Of a stretch of DNA of 64,000 nt, positions 15,879-26,300 are shown in pieces. Where the stretch lies: the NCBI GenBank assembly GCA_963648435.1, contig CAVJDT010000003.1, positions 14,582 through 78,581 of the forward strand, given 5' to 3'. The notes below the pieces were generated by a model. It was not told the origin of the DNA. It saw only the letters and a program-made list of their open reading frames with translations, and did not search any database. How positions within the stretch are numbered: the first letter of the stretch is position 1; every line of letters starts with the position of its first letter. The DNA comes from Bacillota bacterium (GTDB lineage Bacteria > Bacillota_I > Bacilli_A > ML615J-28 > CAG-313). A program made the translations under genes and the position numbers.

Positions 15879-18800
15879 TTATGCTGCTTGTTCTTCTTTA
15901 GAAACTGCGGCAGCTTTTTCTTTTTCAGCAGCTTTTTGTTTAGCTAGTTTTTCTTTTTCAAGAGCTTTTTGTTTAGCTAACTTTTCTTTTTCTTTTTCAG
16001 CAGCTTTTTGTTTAGCTAGTTTTTCTTTTTCAAGAGCTTTTTGTTTAGCTAACTTTTCTTTTTCTTTTTCAGCAGCTTTTTGTTTAGCTAGTTTTTCTTT
16101 TTCAAGAGCTTTTTGTTTAGCTAACTTTTCTTTTTCTTTTTCAGCAGCTTTTTGTTTAGCTAGTTTTTCTTTTTCAAGAGCTTTTTGTTTAGCTAACTTT
16201 TCTTTTTCTTTTTCAGCAGCTTTTTGTTTTGCAAGTTTTTCTTTTTCAAGAGCTAACGCGGCATCTTTACGAGCTTTTTCTTCAGCTGCGGCTTGTAATT
16301 TAGCTTCTTTTTCAGCTTGAGCTGCTGCCATTTCAGCTTGTTTACGAGCTTTTTCTTCTTCAACTGCTTTTTGTTTTTCAGCTTTAATTGCATCTTTTTC
16401 AGCTTGTTTACGAGCTTTTTCTTCTTCAATTAATCTTTGCTTTTCAGCATCTAATTCTTCATAGTATGCAATTGAATTCTTAATAATGTTCTTAACTAGT
16501 TTTTCATCTAATTCGCCTTTATTAACTAATCTAAACCATTGTTCGCCCTTAGGACTAGTAGCTTTAACAATTGTTCCAGGATATTCAACAATTAGAGGGA
16601 AAGCTTTTTCTTGATTACTACAGAAAGTAATACGATAATCATTATTAGTTGACATAGTAATTAAGAATAATCTCTTACCAAAGAAATATCTACTAATGTT
16701 GCCTTTTGCATTTGGAACAACTTTAATTTCTTTATTAGGAATAGTTGATGCATATTTAACAACTTTTTCATATGAAGGTTTAAATACTTTTTTCTTCTTT
16801 AATTTTTCACGAGCTTCTTTTTCTTTTTCTTTAGCTATTCTTTCAGCTTCTCTTTCAGCTTCAGCTTTTCTAAGTGAATCAAGTTCTTCTAATTCTTTAG
16901 CAACTCTTGCATCTTCTGCTGCTTTTGCTTCTTCTGCCACTTTTGCTTCTTCTGCCGCTTTTGCTTCTTCTGCTAGTCTTGCTTCTTCTGCCGCTTTTGC
17001 AATTTCAGCTTGTCTTGCTTCTTCAGCTAGTCTTGCTTCTTCTGCCGCTTTTGCTTCTTCTTCAAGTCTTGCAAGTTCAGCTTGATGGGCAGCTTCTACT
17101 GCTTTTGCTTCTTCTTCAAGTCTTGCAAGTTCAGCCGCATGATCAGCACGACGTTTTTCCTCAGCTTCTCTTAATGTTGCAAGTTCTTCTTTTTCAGCTT
17201 GACGTTCAGCTTCTACTACTTTTGCCTCTTCTTCAAGTCTTGCTACTTCTGCTTGATGAGTTTCTTCAGTAGTTTTTGCAACTTCTTCAAGTCTTGCTAC
17301 TTCTGCTTGATGAGCTTCTTTTTCAGCCTTTGCAACTTCTTCAAGTCTTGCAATTTCAGCTTGATGAGTTTCTTCAGTAGTTTTTGCAACTTCTTCAAGT
17401 CTTGCTACTTCTGCTTGATGAGCTTCTTTTTCAGCCTTTGCAACTTCTTCAAGTCTTGCAATTTCAGCTTGATGAGTTTCTTCAGTAGTTTTTGCAACTT
17501 CTTCAAGTCTTGCTACTTCTGCTTGATGAGCTTCTTTTTCAGCCTTTGCAACTTCTTCAAGTCTTGCAATTTCAGCTTGATGAGTTTCTTCAGTAGTTTT
17601 TGCAACTTCTTCAAGTCTTGCTACTTCTGCTTGATGATTAGCTTCTGCAGCTTTAGCTTCTTCAAATAGTCTTGTTACTTCTGCTTGATGATTAGCTTCT
17701 GCAGCTTTTGCTTCTTCAGATAGTCTTGCACATTCTGCTTGATGAGCTTCTTTTTCAGCTTTAGCTTCTTCAGATAATCTTGCTACTTCTGCTTGATGAT
17801 TAGCTTCTGCAGCTTTTGCTTCTTCCTCAAGTCTTGCGCATTCTGCTTGATGAACTTCTTTTTCAGTTTTAGCTTCTTCAGATAGTCTTGCAAGTTCAAC
17901 TTCATAAGCTTTTTTAGCTTCACGTAATTTTTCAAGTTCAATGTGTTCTGCAATACGCTCAGCTTCTGCTCTTCTTAAAGCATCAAGTTCAGCACGGTCT
18001 GCACGACGTTCAGCTTCAGAAGTTCTTAAATATTCAAGTTCAGCATGTTCAACGCGATGTTTTTCTTCAGCTTTTCTTAAAGCATCAAGTTCAGCTTTAC
18101 TTTCTGGGCTCATTACTTCAACTACTTTTTCAATTACTTCAGGAACATATTCAGCTTTTTCTTTTGCAAAAGCAATTTTTTCCGCATTCAATGTTGCTTT
18201 TTCATTTTCAAGTGTATTTCTTTCTTCAGTAACTTTATTTTGTTCACTAACATATTCTAATTGCATTTGAGCAAGTAAAACTTGTAAATGAGCTAATTTA
18301 TCTTGTAGTGCAACTACTCTAGCATCTAATACCGGAGGTTTTTCTTGTTCTTCAGCGATACTCTTCTTTAATTCTTCGATTTCTATTTCAAGTGCTGTTT
18401 TCATGCTTTCAATCACCTCAATTTCATGTCTTAAAGTTTCTAATTCATCGTTTTCTAAACCACATAATCCTAATTGGTCTCTTGTATAAGTAAATAATTG
18501 TTCAAGAATATGTTGTTCAGCTTTATCATATTCTTTCTTATGAGCTTCAATAAAATCTTTAATTAAACGTGTTCTTGATTCAACTGAATATTCAGGATTT
18601 AATTTATATAATTTAACCATTGATAATACATGTAAACCAGTAATTAAACCACCAAATACAATTGGAATAATCAAGAAAAATACCGATGAATTAAAGGTTG
18701 TGCTTCCTTTAACTAAAGCAACATATTTATTTCCCATATCATTCATATAGAATAATAATCCTATGAATACGAGTGCAACAACTGTATCAATTAGCATCAT

Positions 18801-19214
18801 TTCATTTTTACTAAATGTTACCACAAACTTATATAATTGATGAGATACAACTACAATACTAACAAATAATAATGAGCAAACCATCACATTAATAATCCAA
18901 TGGGTTGTCGTATAAGGATCAGTTGATCTCACAAGCATCATTAAACCATCAAATAACAACGCAGCCATTGTAGTAAAAATCGGCATATAACAAGCTACTG
19001 TTGTATAACGTAATGATGGACGATAATTACGATATTTAGTTGATAAATTTATTAAAAATAAAACTAATGAAATAATTGGTAAAACTATTGCTTTTAAAAT
19101 TATTTCAACACGAGGTACTCCACTTAATCCCCAAGGAATGCAAATTGCAAAAGCAATAGCAACGGAAATCATACTATTTATAAACATTACTTTCTTTTCT
19201 CTACTATTTAACAT
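15879..19214 (-). CDS. large membrane-anchored coiled-coil repeat protein (N-terminal polytopic domain, two tandem-repeat arrays, central globular domain)
   Basis: Residues 1-300 form ~8 TM helices. Residues ~440-740 are 18-aa ARLEEVAK(T/A)..HQAE(V/I) repeats. Residues ~770-880 are a non-repetitive domain (..ISRYFFGKRLFLITMSTNNDYRITFCSNQ..). Residues ~990-1100 are 24-aa EKEKEKLAKQKALEKEKLAKQKAA repeats. Confidence 0.6.
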   Translation of the reverse strand: MLNSREKKVMFINSMISVAIAFAICIPWGLSGVPRVEIILKAIVLPIISLVLFLINLSTKYRNYRPSLRYTTVACYMPIFTTMAALLFDGLMMLVRSTDPYTTTHWIINVMVCSLLFVSIVVVSHQLYKFVVTFSKNEMMLIDTVVALVFIGLLFYMNDMGNKYVALVKGSTTFNSSVFFLIIPIVFGGLITGLHVLSMVKLYKLNPEYSVESRTRLIKDFIEAHKKEYDKAEQHILEQLFTYTRDQLGLCGLENDELETLRHEIEVIESMKTALEIEIEELKKSIAEEQEKPPVLDARVVALQDKLAHLQVLLAQMQLEYVSEQNKVTEERNTLENEKATLNAEKIAFAKEKAEYVPEVIEKVVEVMSPESKAELDALRKAEEKHRVEHAELEYLRTSEAERRADRAELDALRRAEAERIAEHIELEKLREAKKAYEVELARLSEEAKTEKEVHQAECARLEEEAKAAEANHQAEVARLSEEAKAEKEAHQAECARLSEEAKAAEANHQAEVTRLFEEAKAAEANHQAEVARLEEVAKTTEETHQAEIARLEEVAKAEKEAHQAEVARLEEVAKTTEETHQAEIARLEEVAKAEKEAHQAEVARLEEVAKTTEETHQAEIARLEEVAKAEKEAHQAEVARLEEVAKTTEETHQAEVARLEEEAKVVEAERQAEKEELATLREAEEKRRADHAAELARLEEEAKAVEAAHQAELARLEEEAKAAEEARLAEEARQAEIAKAAEEARLAEEAKAAEEAKVAEEAKAAEDARVAKELEELDSLRKAEAEREAERIAKEKEKEAREKLKKKKVFKPSYEKVVKYASTIPNKEIKVVPNAKGNISRYFFGKRLFLITMSTNNDYRITFCSNQEKAFPLIVEYPGTIVKATSPKGEQWFRLVNKGELDEKLVKNIIKNSIAYYEELDAEKQRLIEEEKARKQAEKDAIKAEKQKAVEEEKARKQAEMAAAQAEKEAKLQAAAEEKARKDAALALEKEKLAKQKAAEKEKEKLAKQKALEKEKLAKQKAAEKEKEKLAKQKALEKEKLAKQKAAEKEKEKLAKQKALEKEKLAKQKAAEKEKEKLAKQKALEKEKLAKQKAAEKEKAAAVSKEEQAA
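15935..16230. repeat. about four tandem copies of a 72-bp intragenic repeat (encodes the C-terminal EKEKLAKQKA array)
   Basis: Unit AGCAGCTTTTTGTTTAGCTAGTTTTTCTTTTTCAAGAGCTTTTTGTTTAGCTAACTTTTCTTTTTCTTTTTC repeats near-perfectly. Confidence 0.85.
16990..17900. repeat. intragenic tandem array of 54/108-bp units (encodes the ARLEE..HQAE coiled-coil repeats)
   Basis: TTCTTCAAGTCTTGC(T/A)A(C/T)TTC(T/A)GCTTGATGAG(C/T)TTCTT..TTTGCAAC repeats ~3.5 times with near-perfect identity between ~17280 and 17640. More degenerate copies flank it. Confidence 0.8.
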
Positions 19215-19235
19215 AATATTTTTCCTTTCTACTAC

Positions 19236-20222
19236 TTATTCTTGAGATGACTCAGTAGATTCAACGTTTTCTTTATTTTCTGCTTCGGATTCTTCTACTT
19301 TTATTTCAATTTTAGCACCACAGTTTGGGCAGAACTCATTTCCTGAAGTTAATTCAGCACCACATTTAGGGCAATGTTCTAAAGTATTTCCTTCTTTTAC
19401 TTCAGGCTTTTTTCCTTTTGGATCAAACTCATCTTCAAAATGTTGTTTGAAATAAATTTCAAAATCATCCATAATGTCATTGTAAGCACGATTATATTCT
19501 CTTTTTACAATACGATCATAATCTCTTTCAAGTGCTTCATCACATACATAAATACTACGATTATCTTTTTTGAAAATTCTTGCAAGTTTTGCGCAAATAA
19601 CAATGAATGAAATTACTGTAATAATGTATAGGAAGAATAGAATTGGATCACCATGTCCAACAAACGCTTCTTCTGCTTTAAATACATCAAGGTAATTTAC
19701 ATCAACTCTCCATGCAACTATAACAAAGCACACTGTTACTGCTAAAATAACACAGTCTAAAATTATAGTTGTAGTAATACTTAACTTAAATAATAAATTG
19801 GAAAAACAATGGAATCCAACAACCACAAAAGCTAAATATAAGATTAGTAATACCATTATTACAGCCCATGGACCAAATCCAAGAGGTTCACAACTATAAG
19901 CTAATGTGTGAATAACAAACACTAAAATAGCAGCCAAGTAAGAAACAATTGGGAAATAGCTCATTACGTTTACTACTTTAGATCTATCTAAACACTCTTG
20001 TAAGTCACGATATTTTTTTACATTTGCGTAAATAGATAATAAAATAATTACAACAGGTATAATTACAAATTTGATTAGCATTTCTGCTTTCATAACAGTT
20101 TCTACATTTTCCATCTTGCACAAAAATGGTAATGTTCTAAATGGAATAAAGACAATAATTCCAATCAACATTGACAAAATTGCACTAATGTACATGTAAA
20201 CTTTTTGACCTTTTGATAACAT
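19236..20222 (-). CDS. polytopic membrane protein with a C-terminal zinc ribbon; paralog of the N-terminal domain of the adjacent 1111-aa protein
   Basis: The N-terminal pattern ML..K..M.IS..I....IP and the KYR after TM2 are shared with 15879..19214. The C-terminus is CPKCGAELTSGNEFCPNCGAKIE followed by an acidic tail. Confidence 0.55.
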   Translation of the reverse strand: MLSKGQKVYMYISAILSMLIGIIVFIPFRTLPFLCKMENVETVMKAEMLIKFVIIPVVIILLSIYANVKKYRDLQECLDRSKVVNVMSYFPIVSYLAAILVFVIHTLAYSCEPLGFGPWAVIMVLLILYLAFVVVGFHCFSNLLFKLSITTTIILDCVILAVTVCFVIVAWRVDVNYLDVFKAEEAFVGHGDPILFFLYIITVISFIVICAKLARIFKKDNRSIYVCDEALERDYDRIVKREYNRAYNDIMDDFEIYFKQHFEDEFDPKGKKPEVKEGNTLEHCPKCGAELTSGNEFCPNCGAKIEIKVEESEAENKENVESTESSQE

Positions 20223-20347
20223 ACATTCACTCCCTTGAAAAAATCAACCGATTTTACTATATTTTTTAGCATTTTATACATCTATTATATCATAAACCAA
20301 AAATATTGTAAAATGATTAATACTTTTTTTTACAATTTTTCTTTATT

Positions 20348-21361
20348 TTAGTTTGATTTTTGCCATTTTATGGTAGCTTGTAAAACTGATAAAATTGGTA
20401 CAGCAAGTAACATGCCAATAACCCCTAACATTTCGCTAAAAAGCATCATAAATAGAATAACAATTATTGGGTGTGTATTAACAGTTTTACTTTCAACCGC
20501 CGGGGTAATAAAATTGCTTTCAATTAGTTGTAGCACTACAACCACAAGGATTACATATAATAATTTACTAGGACTTGACCCAAGTGTGAATAATCCCACG
20601 ATAAAACCACCAATATAGGGTCCAACATAGGGAATCACATTAGTTAAACCAATAATAATGCCCCAAAGAATTGGCAGTTCAATTCCAAGCATCACAAAAC
20701 ATAATGTACTTGCAATTGATAAAATAATTATTACAAAAACAACCCCTTTAAAATACGCATACATCGTTTTATTTAGTTCACGCAATAAAAAAAGTACATT
20801 TTCTTTACCTTTTAAAACTAAATAATCCTTTAATTTCGTAATAATTTTATGATAATCAATTAAAAAATATAACGATAAAACAAATCCAATAATTACTAAA
20901 ATAATATAGGAAAAAGTAGATTGAATAATTTTACCAAAATATTTTAAAACAATAGGAAAATATTCTTTCTTAAAATCAACTTCAACTTGCATTTTTAAAA
21001 TTTTACCACCTAGTTTGTTAACCAAATCTTTCACATTTTGAACATATATAGGAAGATTATTAAGCACTTTATTTCCTTCTTCTACTACGCTTGGAGTAAT
21101 AAAAATAATAATACTAAAAATTAAAATCATGATACCAATTACCAAAACACATGATGTAGCCTTTCGATTACAGCCTTTCATTTCTAATTTATCAACTAAA
21201 GGATTTAATAAAAAAGCAATCGTAAAGCCTAAAATAAACGGTAATAAAAAGTTAATTACAACCTTTAATAATGTTATTAATTCTTGATAAATATTAAAAA
21301 CTACCCATATAATTAGTAACAATAATAAAATTTTAAGTAATTTATTCAGTTTCTTATCCAT
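20348..21361 (-). CDS. AI-2E family transporter (PerM/YhhT, UPF0118)
   Basis: 337 aa, ~8 TM, with the conserved GPYIGGFIVGL region. Confidence 0.75.
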   Translation of the reverse strand: MDKKLNKLLKILLLLLIIWVVFNIYQELITLLKVVINFLLPFILGFTIAFLLNPLVDKLEMKGCNRKATSCVLVIGIMILIFSIIIFITPSVVEEGNKVLNNLPIYVQNVKDLVNKLGGKILKMQVEVDFKKEYFPIVLKYFGKIIQSTFSYIILVIIGFVLSLYFLIDYHKIITKLKDYLVLKGKENVLFLLRELNKTMYAYFKGVVFVIIILSIASTLCFVMLGIELPILWGIIIGLTNVIPYVGPYIGGFIVGLFTLGSSPSKLLYVILVVVVLQLIESNFITPAVESKTVNTHPIIVILFMMLFSEMLGVIGMLLAVPILSVLQATIKWQKSN

Positions 21362-21421
21362 ATTTTTATGCCTTTCATAAGTTAAATCTATTTATATTTT
21401 ATGGAAAAAACTGAAAAATAA

Positions 21422-21449
21422 ACAAAAAAGGCTGAAATTATCAACCTTT
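21422..21449 (-). terminator. rho-independent terminator of gap
   Basis: Minus strand reads AAGGTTGataatttCAGCCTT followed by TTTTGTTTATTTTT. Confidence 0.5.
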
Positions 21450-21462
21450 CTTATTTTTTGAT

Positions 21463-22470
21463 TTATTTAGAAATTAAATATTTTGCGGTACGAACCATTT
21501 GAGCAGTATAACTCATTTCATTATCATACCAAGTGATGATCTTAACTAATTGCTTGCCATCAACGTTCATAATCTTTGTGCACTTAGCATCAAATAAAGT
21601 ACCACAAGTTTGACCAATAACGTCAGATGAAACGATAGGATCTTCAGTATAATAAATAGTTTCGCTTACAGCTTCTTTAACAGCAGCGTTAACTTCTTCA
21701 ACGGTAACAGGACGAGCAGGTTCCCAAACTAGGTCAACAACTGAACCAGTGATTGTAGGAACACGTAGTGCCATACCATCAAGTTTGCCTTTTAATTCAG
21801 GTAAAACTTCACCAACAGCAACAGCAGCACCAGTTGTAGTAGGTACGATGTTCGCTGCAGCAGCTCTAGCACGACGAGATTGAATACCTTTTTTATGAGG
21901 AGCATCAAGAACATTTTGGTCACCAGTATAAGCGTGAACAGTTGTCATGAAGCCTTTAACGATACCAAATTTGTCGTTTAAAACTTTAGCAATTGGAGCT
22001 AAACAGTTAGTTGTGCATGAAGCAGCTGAAATAACTTGTTCATTACCAGTTAATTTAGTGTGGTTAACATTGTAAACAACAGTCATATCAACACCTTTTG
22101 CAGGAGCAGAAATGATAACTTTCTTCGCACCAGCATTGATGTGAGCCATTGATTTTTCTTTACTTACATAAAAACCAGTACATTCGATTACTACATCAAC
22201 ATTTAATTCTTTCCAAGGACATTCATTAGCATCTTTAATAGCATAAACTTCAATTTCATGACCATCAACAATAATTGAATGATCAGTACTACTTACTTCG
22301 TGGTCTTTATAACGACCTTGTGCAGTATCATACTTTAATAAATAAGCAAGGTCTGCAGCACCAGTTAAGTCATTGATTGCTACGATATCAAAGTCTTCTT
22401 GTCCAAACATTTGGCGGAATGCTAGACGTCCAATTCTACCAAATCCATTAATTGCAATTCTTACAGCCAT
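21463..22470 (-). CDS. gap: glyceraldehyde-3-phosphate dehydrogenase (type I)
   Basis: [25 protein letters not shown] active-site Cys. Confidence 0.95.
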   Translation of the reverse strand: MAVRIAINGFGRIGRLAFRQMFGQEDFDIVAINDLTGAADLAYLLKYDTAQGRYKDHEVSSTDHSIIVDGHEIEVYAIKDANECPWKELNVDVVIECTGFYVSKEKSMAHINAGAKKVIISAPAKGVDMTVVYNVNHTKLTGNEQVISAASCTTNCLAPIAKVLNDKFGIVKGFMTTVHAYTGDQNVLDAPHKKGIQSRRARAAAANIVPTTTGAAVAVGEVLPELKGKLDGMALRVPTITGSVVDLVWEPARPVTVEEVNAAVKEAVSETIYYTEDPIVSSDVIGQTCGTLFDAKCTKIMNVDGKQLVKIITWYDNEMSYTAQMVRTAKYLISK

Positions 22471-22555
22471 TTTATAATCCTCCTAAATTTCTGTCGAATT
22501 TTTACCATATTATTTTACCACTTTTTTCATAATATTACAACTATTTTGATATAGA

Positions 22556-23305
22556 TTATTTATCATTTGATTGTTTTAAGTATAACAATAATCTAAATAT
22601 TTCAATAAATAGCCATTCAATATTTAATAATATTCCAAAAGCCGCATACCATTCATATTTTTTATCACAGCCACTTAGAACTATTTGAGTTGCATTATCT
22701 AAACTAATAACAACATATAAGCCAGCTACAATAATCATAATAACAGATATAATAATTCCTAATTCATTAGAAAATAATAATGTGTAAATTGAAGAATTAA
22801 ATATGCCAATAATACTAATTACAAGTGATGAAATCATAATTCCTAGTAAAACCGAGAACATAAAACCCCTAAAGAAATGACCAGCTTTAATTACCCCAGT
22901 TGTATAAAGAATTGTTGCGGCAAGGAATATAGCGATTGTTAAAATTAATGCAAGTCCCGCAAGTTGAAAACCTTCGCCTGGCATTACAAGTTCAACAATT
23001 CCAATAATTGTACCAAGCATTAAACCTTCAAAAATCGAATAGGGTATTGAAAGTATTCTTGTAGATGATGGAACAAAGCAAATTATAAATTGTAAAACAA
23101 AATTAATAATTGCAACTCCAATATAAATGTATAAGGCATAAACACCAAATCTATAAAAATTAGACATCATAAAGACGGTTGAAACAATCATTATGAAAAC
23201 TAACAATAAAGTTTTAAGTCCTATTCCTTTAATACTAGCCGTCGTACTTGATGTATTTTCGGCTTTCATTGCATTTTTAAATGCAAAATTATTTCCAAAT
23301 TTCAT
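22556..23305 (-). CDS. Bax-inhibitor-1/YccA-family membrane protein (probable)
   Basis: 249 aa, 7 TM, C-terminal charged tail KQSNDK. Family assignment rests on topology and length only. Confidence 0.45.
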   Translation of the reverse strand: MKFGNNFAFKNAMKAENTSSTTASIKGIGLKTLLLVFIMIVSTVFMMSNFYRFGVYALYIYIGVAIINFVLQFIICFVPSSTRILSIPYSIFEGLMLGTIIGIVELVMPGEGFQLAGLALILTIAIFLAATILYTTGVIKAGHFFRGFMFSVLLGIMISSLVISIIGIFNSSIYTLLFSNELGIIISVIMIIVAGLYVVISLDNATQIVLSGCDKKYEWYAAFGILLNIEWLFIEIFRLLLYLKQSNDK

Positions 23306-23356
23306 TTTAATATCCTCCTTTATATTTTATCATTATTTATTAAAACAATACCTTTT

Positions 23357-26300
23357 TTATAATAATGTATCATTTTCTGGTAAATTATCCAAAACCCCTA
23401 AAGTTTTTAATCTTGCATATTGCTTTTTATTTACTGATGTCCGATATTCAAAATCAGCTTTTGAAGTAAACTGATGTTTATGGCGAGCTTCAATAATTGA
23501 TTTTGCCACAGCATCACCTAATGAATCAACACTAATAAATGGTAAATATAAAGATTTTTTATCATCCGCAATCACAAAATCCGTAGCTTCTGATTTTTCA
23601 ATATCAATTTGTCGGAAATAATAACCACGAAGTACCATTTCTAAAGCAATATATAATACTCCTAATAAATCACTTTCTTTATTAGTAAGTTCTTCTTTTT
23701 TGGAAAGTTTTGTTTCAAATTCAGTAATTTTATTACGAATAGCATTACGACCATTAGCTAATATTTCTGGATCAAACTCCTTAGCTCGTTTAGAGAAAAA
23801 TGCTGCGTAATAATAAATTGGACGATGAACCTTAAACCAACCAATTCTTAAGGCCATAATAACGTATGCGGTCGCATGGGCTTTTGGGAACATGTATTTT
23901 ATTCGTTTACAACTATAAATATACCAATCTGGAACATTATACTTAATCATTAAAGCCTCTTGTTCTGGTTTTAAGCCTTTTCCTTTTCTTACACCTTCCA
24001 TAATTGTGAAAGCATCATGAGCAGGAAGGTTCTTTTCCAATAAATAAAGCATAATGTCATCACGACATCCTATAACTTCCTTAAATTCAACCTTTGGATA
24101 TAAAGGATTAGATCCCGTTACTAATTCTTCCGCATTACGGTTCCAAACATCGGTTCCATGAGAAAGTCCGGATACTTTAATAATATCTTCATAACTTTTT
24201 GGTTTAATAGTTTCGAGCATTCCTCTAACAAAGTTAGTACCAAATTCCGGAATTCCTTTCGTACCACTTGAGAAACGGTCCATATCATCACCATTTATTT
24301 TTAAAGCCTCTTTTGAACTAAATAATGAAAGCACATCATCATCAACATAAGGAATTCCTTCAACTGTACTAAAAGGAAAGACCTCAGGTTCCGCATGTAC
24401 AAAATCCATTAGTTGTTTAATAACAGTTGGATCATCATGTCCTAGAATATCCATCTTAAGTAAATTACTTTCAAAACTATGATAATCATAATGTGAAGTC
24501 CGCCAATTTTGATTTTCTAATTCAGAACTATCAACTGGTGGATATTGAACAGGGATAATATCAGTATATTCAATATCATCAGGAACAATAACAATACCAC
24601 CTGGATGTTGTCCTGTTGTTTTTTTAGACCCCGCAATAAAATTAGCAATTCGTTCAATTTCCGTTTTTCTAATTTCAATATTCTTGTTTCGGTAATAATC
24701 TCTCGTGTAAGCAAAGGCAGTTTTTTCCATAACCGTTGAGACAGTACCTGCCCTAAAAGCATTATCAATACCAAATGTATCTTGGCAGAATAAATGAGCT
24801 TTAGCTTGATATTCTCCTGAAAAATTCAAGTCAATATCGGGAACTTTATCACCTTTAAATCCCAAAAATGTTTCAAAAGCAATATCAACACCATCTTTAT
24901 TTAATTTTTCACCACAAACTGGACAATATGCATCTTCAAGGTCCATACCTACACCAACTTTTTTGAGTTTAGTATCAAGTTCCGTAGGTACATTCATATG
25001 GTATTTTTCTTTTTCTTCATCACTTAGTTTAAAAGCACTAAATTTACATTTTGGACACACATAATGTGGTTTTAAAGGATTTACTTCGGTAATTCCCATC
25101 ATTGTAGCCACAAAACTACTACCTACTGAACCCCTACTTCCAACAATATAACCAGCTTCATTGGAGTTTTTAACAAGTAAGTGGGAAATAAAATATACGG
25201 AAAAATAACCATGACCAATTATTGCTTCTAATTCTTTTTCTAAACGTTCTTGTACATATAGAGGTAATACTTCTCCATATTTTTTTCTAGTCGTGGCAAA
25301 AGAAATATCATAAACAGCTTCTTTCATTGAAGGAACGCCAATTTTACTCATAAAATCATCACGAGGAACGTATAGTTTGTTTGGAAATAATGGATATTCT
25401 TCAATCATTTCATTAATTTTTTTCGTATTAGTAACGACTAAATCATAGGCCTCATTAGATGGTAAGAAACTAAAATCATCAAGCATTTCCGTAGTACTTC
25501 TAAAATGCATATTTAATGGAGCATACCTTGATAAAGGATGTGGTCCTCCACCATTTGGTCTTGCAACCGATAGATAAATACTTCGGTATTTACTATCTTC
25601 TTTTAATAATTGATGAACATCTCCAGTTGCAACTACAAGCACATTTTTCTCATAACCTGCAGAAATGATTTTTTTAATAATATCTTGAATGATTGGAAGC
25701 CGCTCTTCATCTGACATATTTTCAAATATCCAGTTATAACATTCAGGAGGTTGGACTTCCAAATAGTCATAATAACTTACTTTATCTAATAGTTCTTCAT
25801 ATGACTTTTCATAAGCAGTTTCAAAAATATCACCATTAGCACAACCACTACCTACTAATAAACCTTCACGATACTTTTCAAGAACTGACTTATAAACGCA
25901 AGCATCACGGTTAAAATGCGTCGTATGAGCATCTGATATAATCTTATAAAAGTTTTTAAGTCCTACTTTATTTCGTACTAAAATACATAAATGAGTAGGT
26001 CTTTTCGTTTTCGCAAGTTGTTCAGGTTTAATCAATGAATCAATCATCTTATATTTGGTGATTCCCATATTAAATAAATCAACAAGCATTCGGTTAAACA
26101 CATTAGTTGTGGTTCTTGCATCATGGATTGCACGGTGTTGTTGTTCAATTTCAACTTTCAAGTATTTAGCAATAGTTTCAAGTTTATAGTTTTTTAATCC
26201 TTCAGGATATAAAGTACGAGCTAAATCAAGCGTATCAATACAAGGATAACGAGTAACTTCAATTTTTTGATTACGCATTGTTTGATATAAAAAGCCTGTA

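Noticed and set aside
15874-18270. Plus-strand ORFs 15874..16320, 16696..17085, 16907..17272, 17199..17669 and 17941..18270 with low-complexity Leu/Ser/Phe-rich products
   Set aside because: They are antisense to the long repeat-rich minus-strand gene. The repeats keep the opposite frame open by chance, and the products are homopolymeric with no start or RBS support.
24517-24774. Small ORFs inside polC on both strands
   Set aside because: They are embedded in a conserved polymerase domain on the other frame or strand, and the AT-rich sequence gives spurious open frames.
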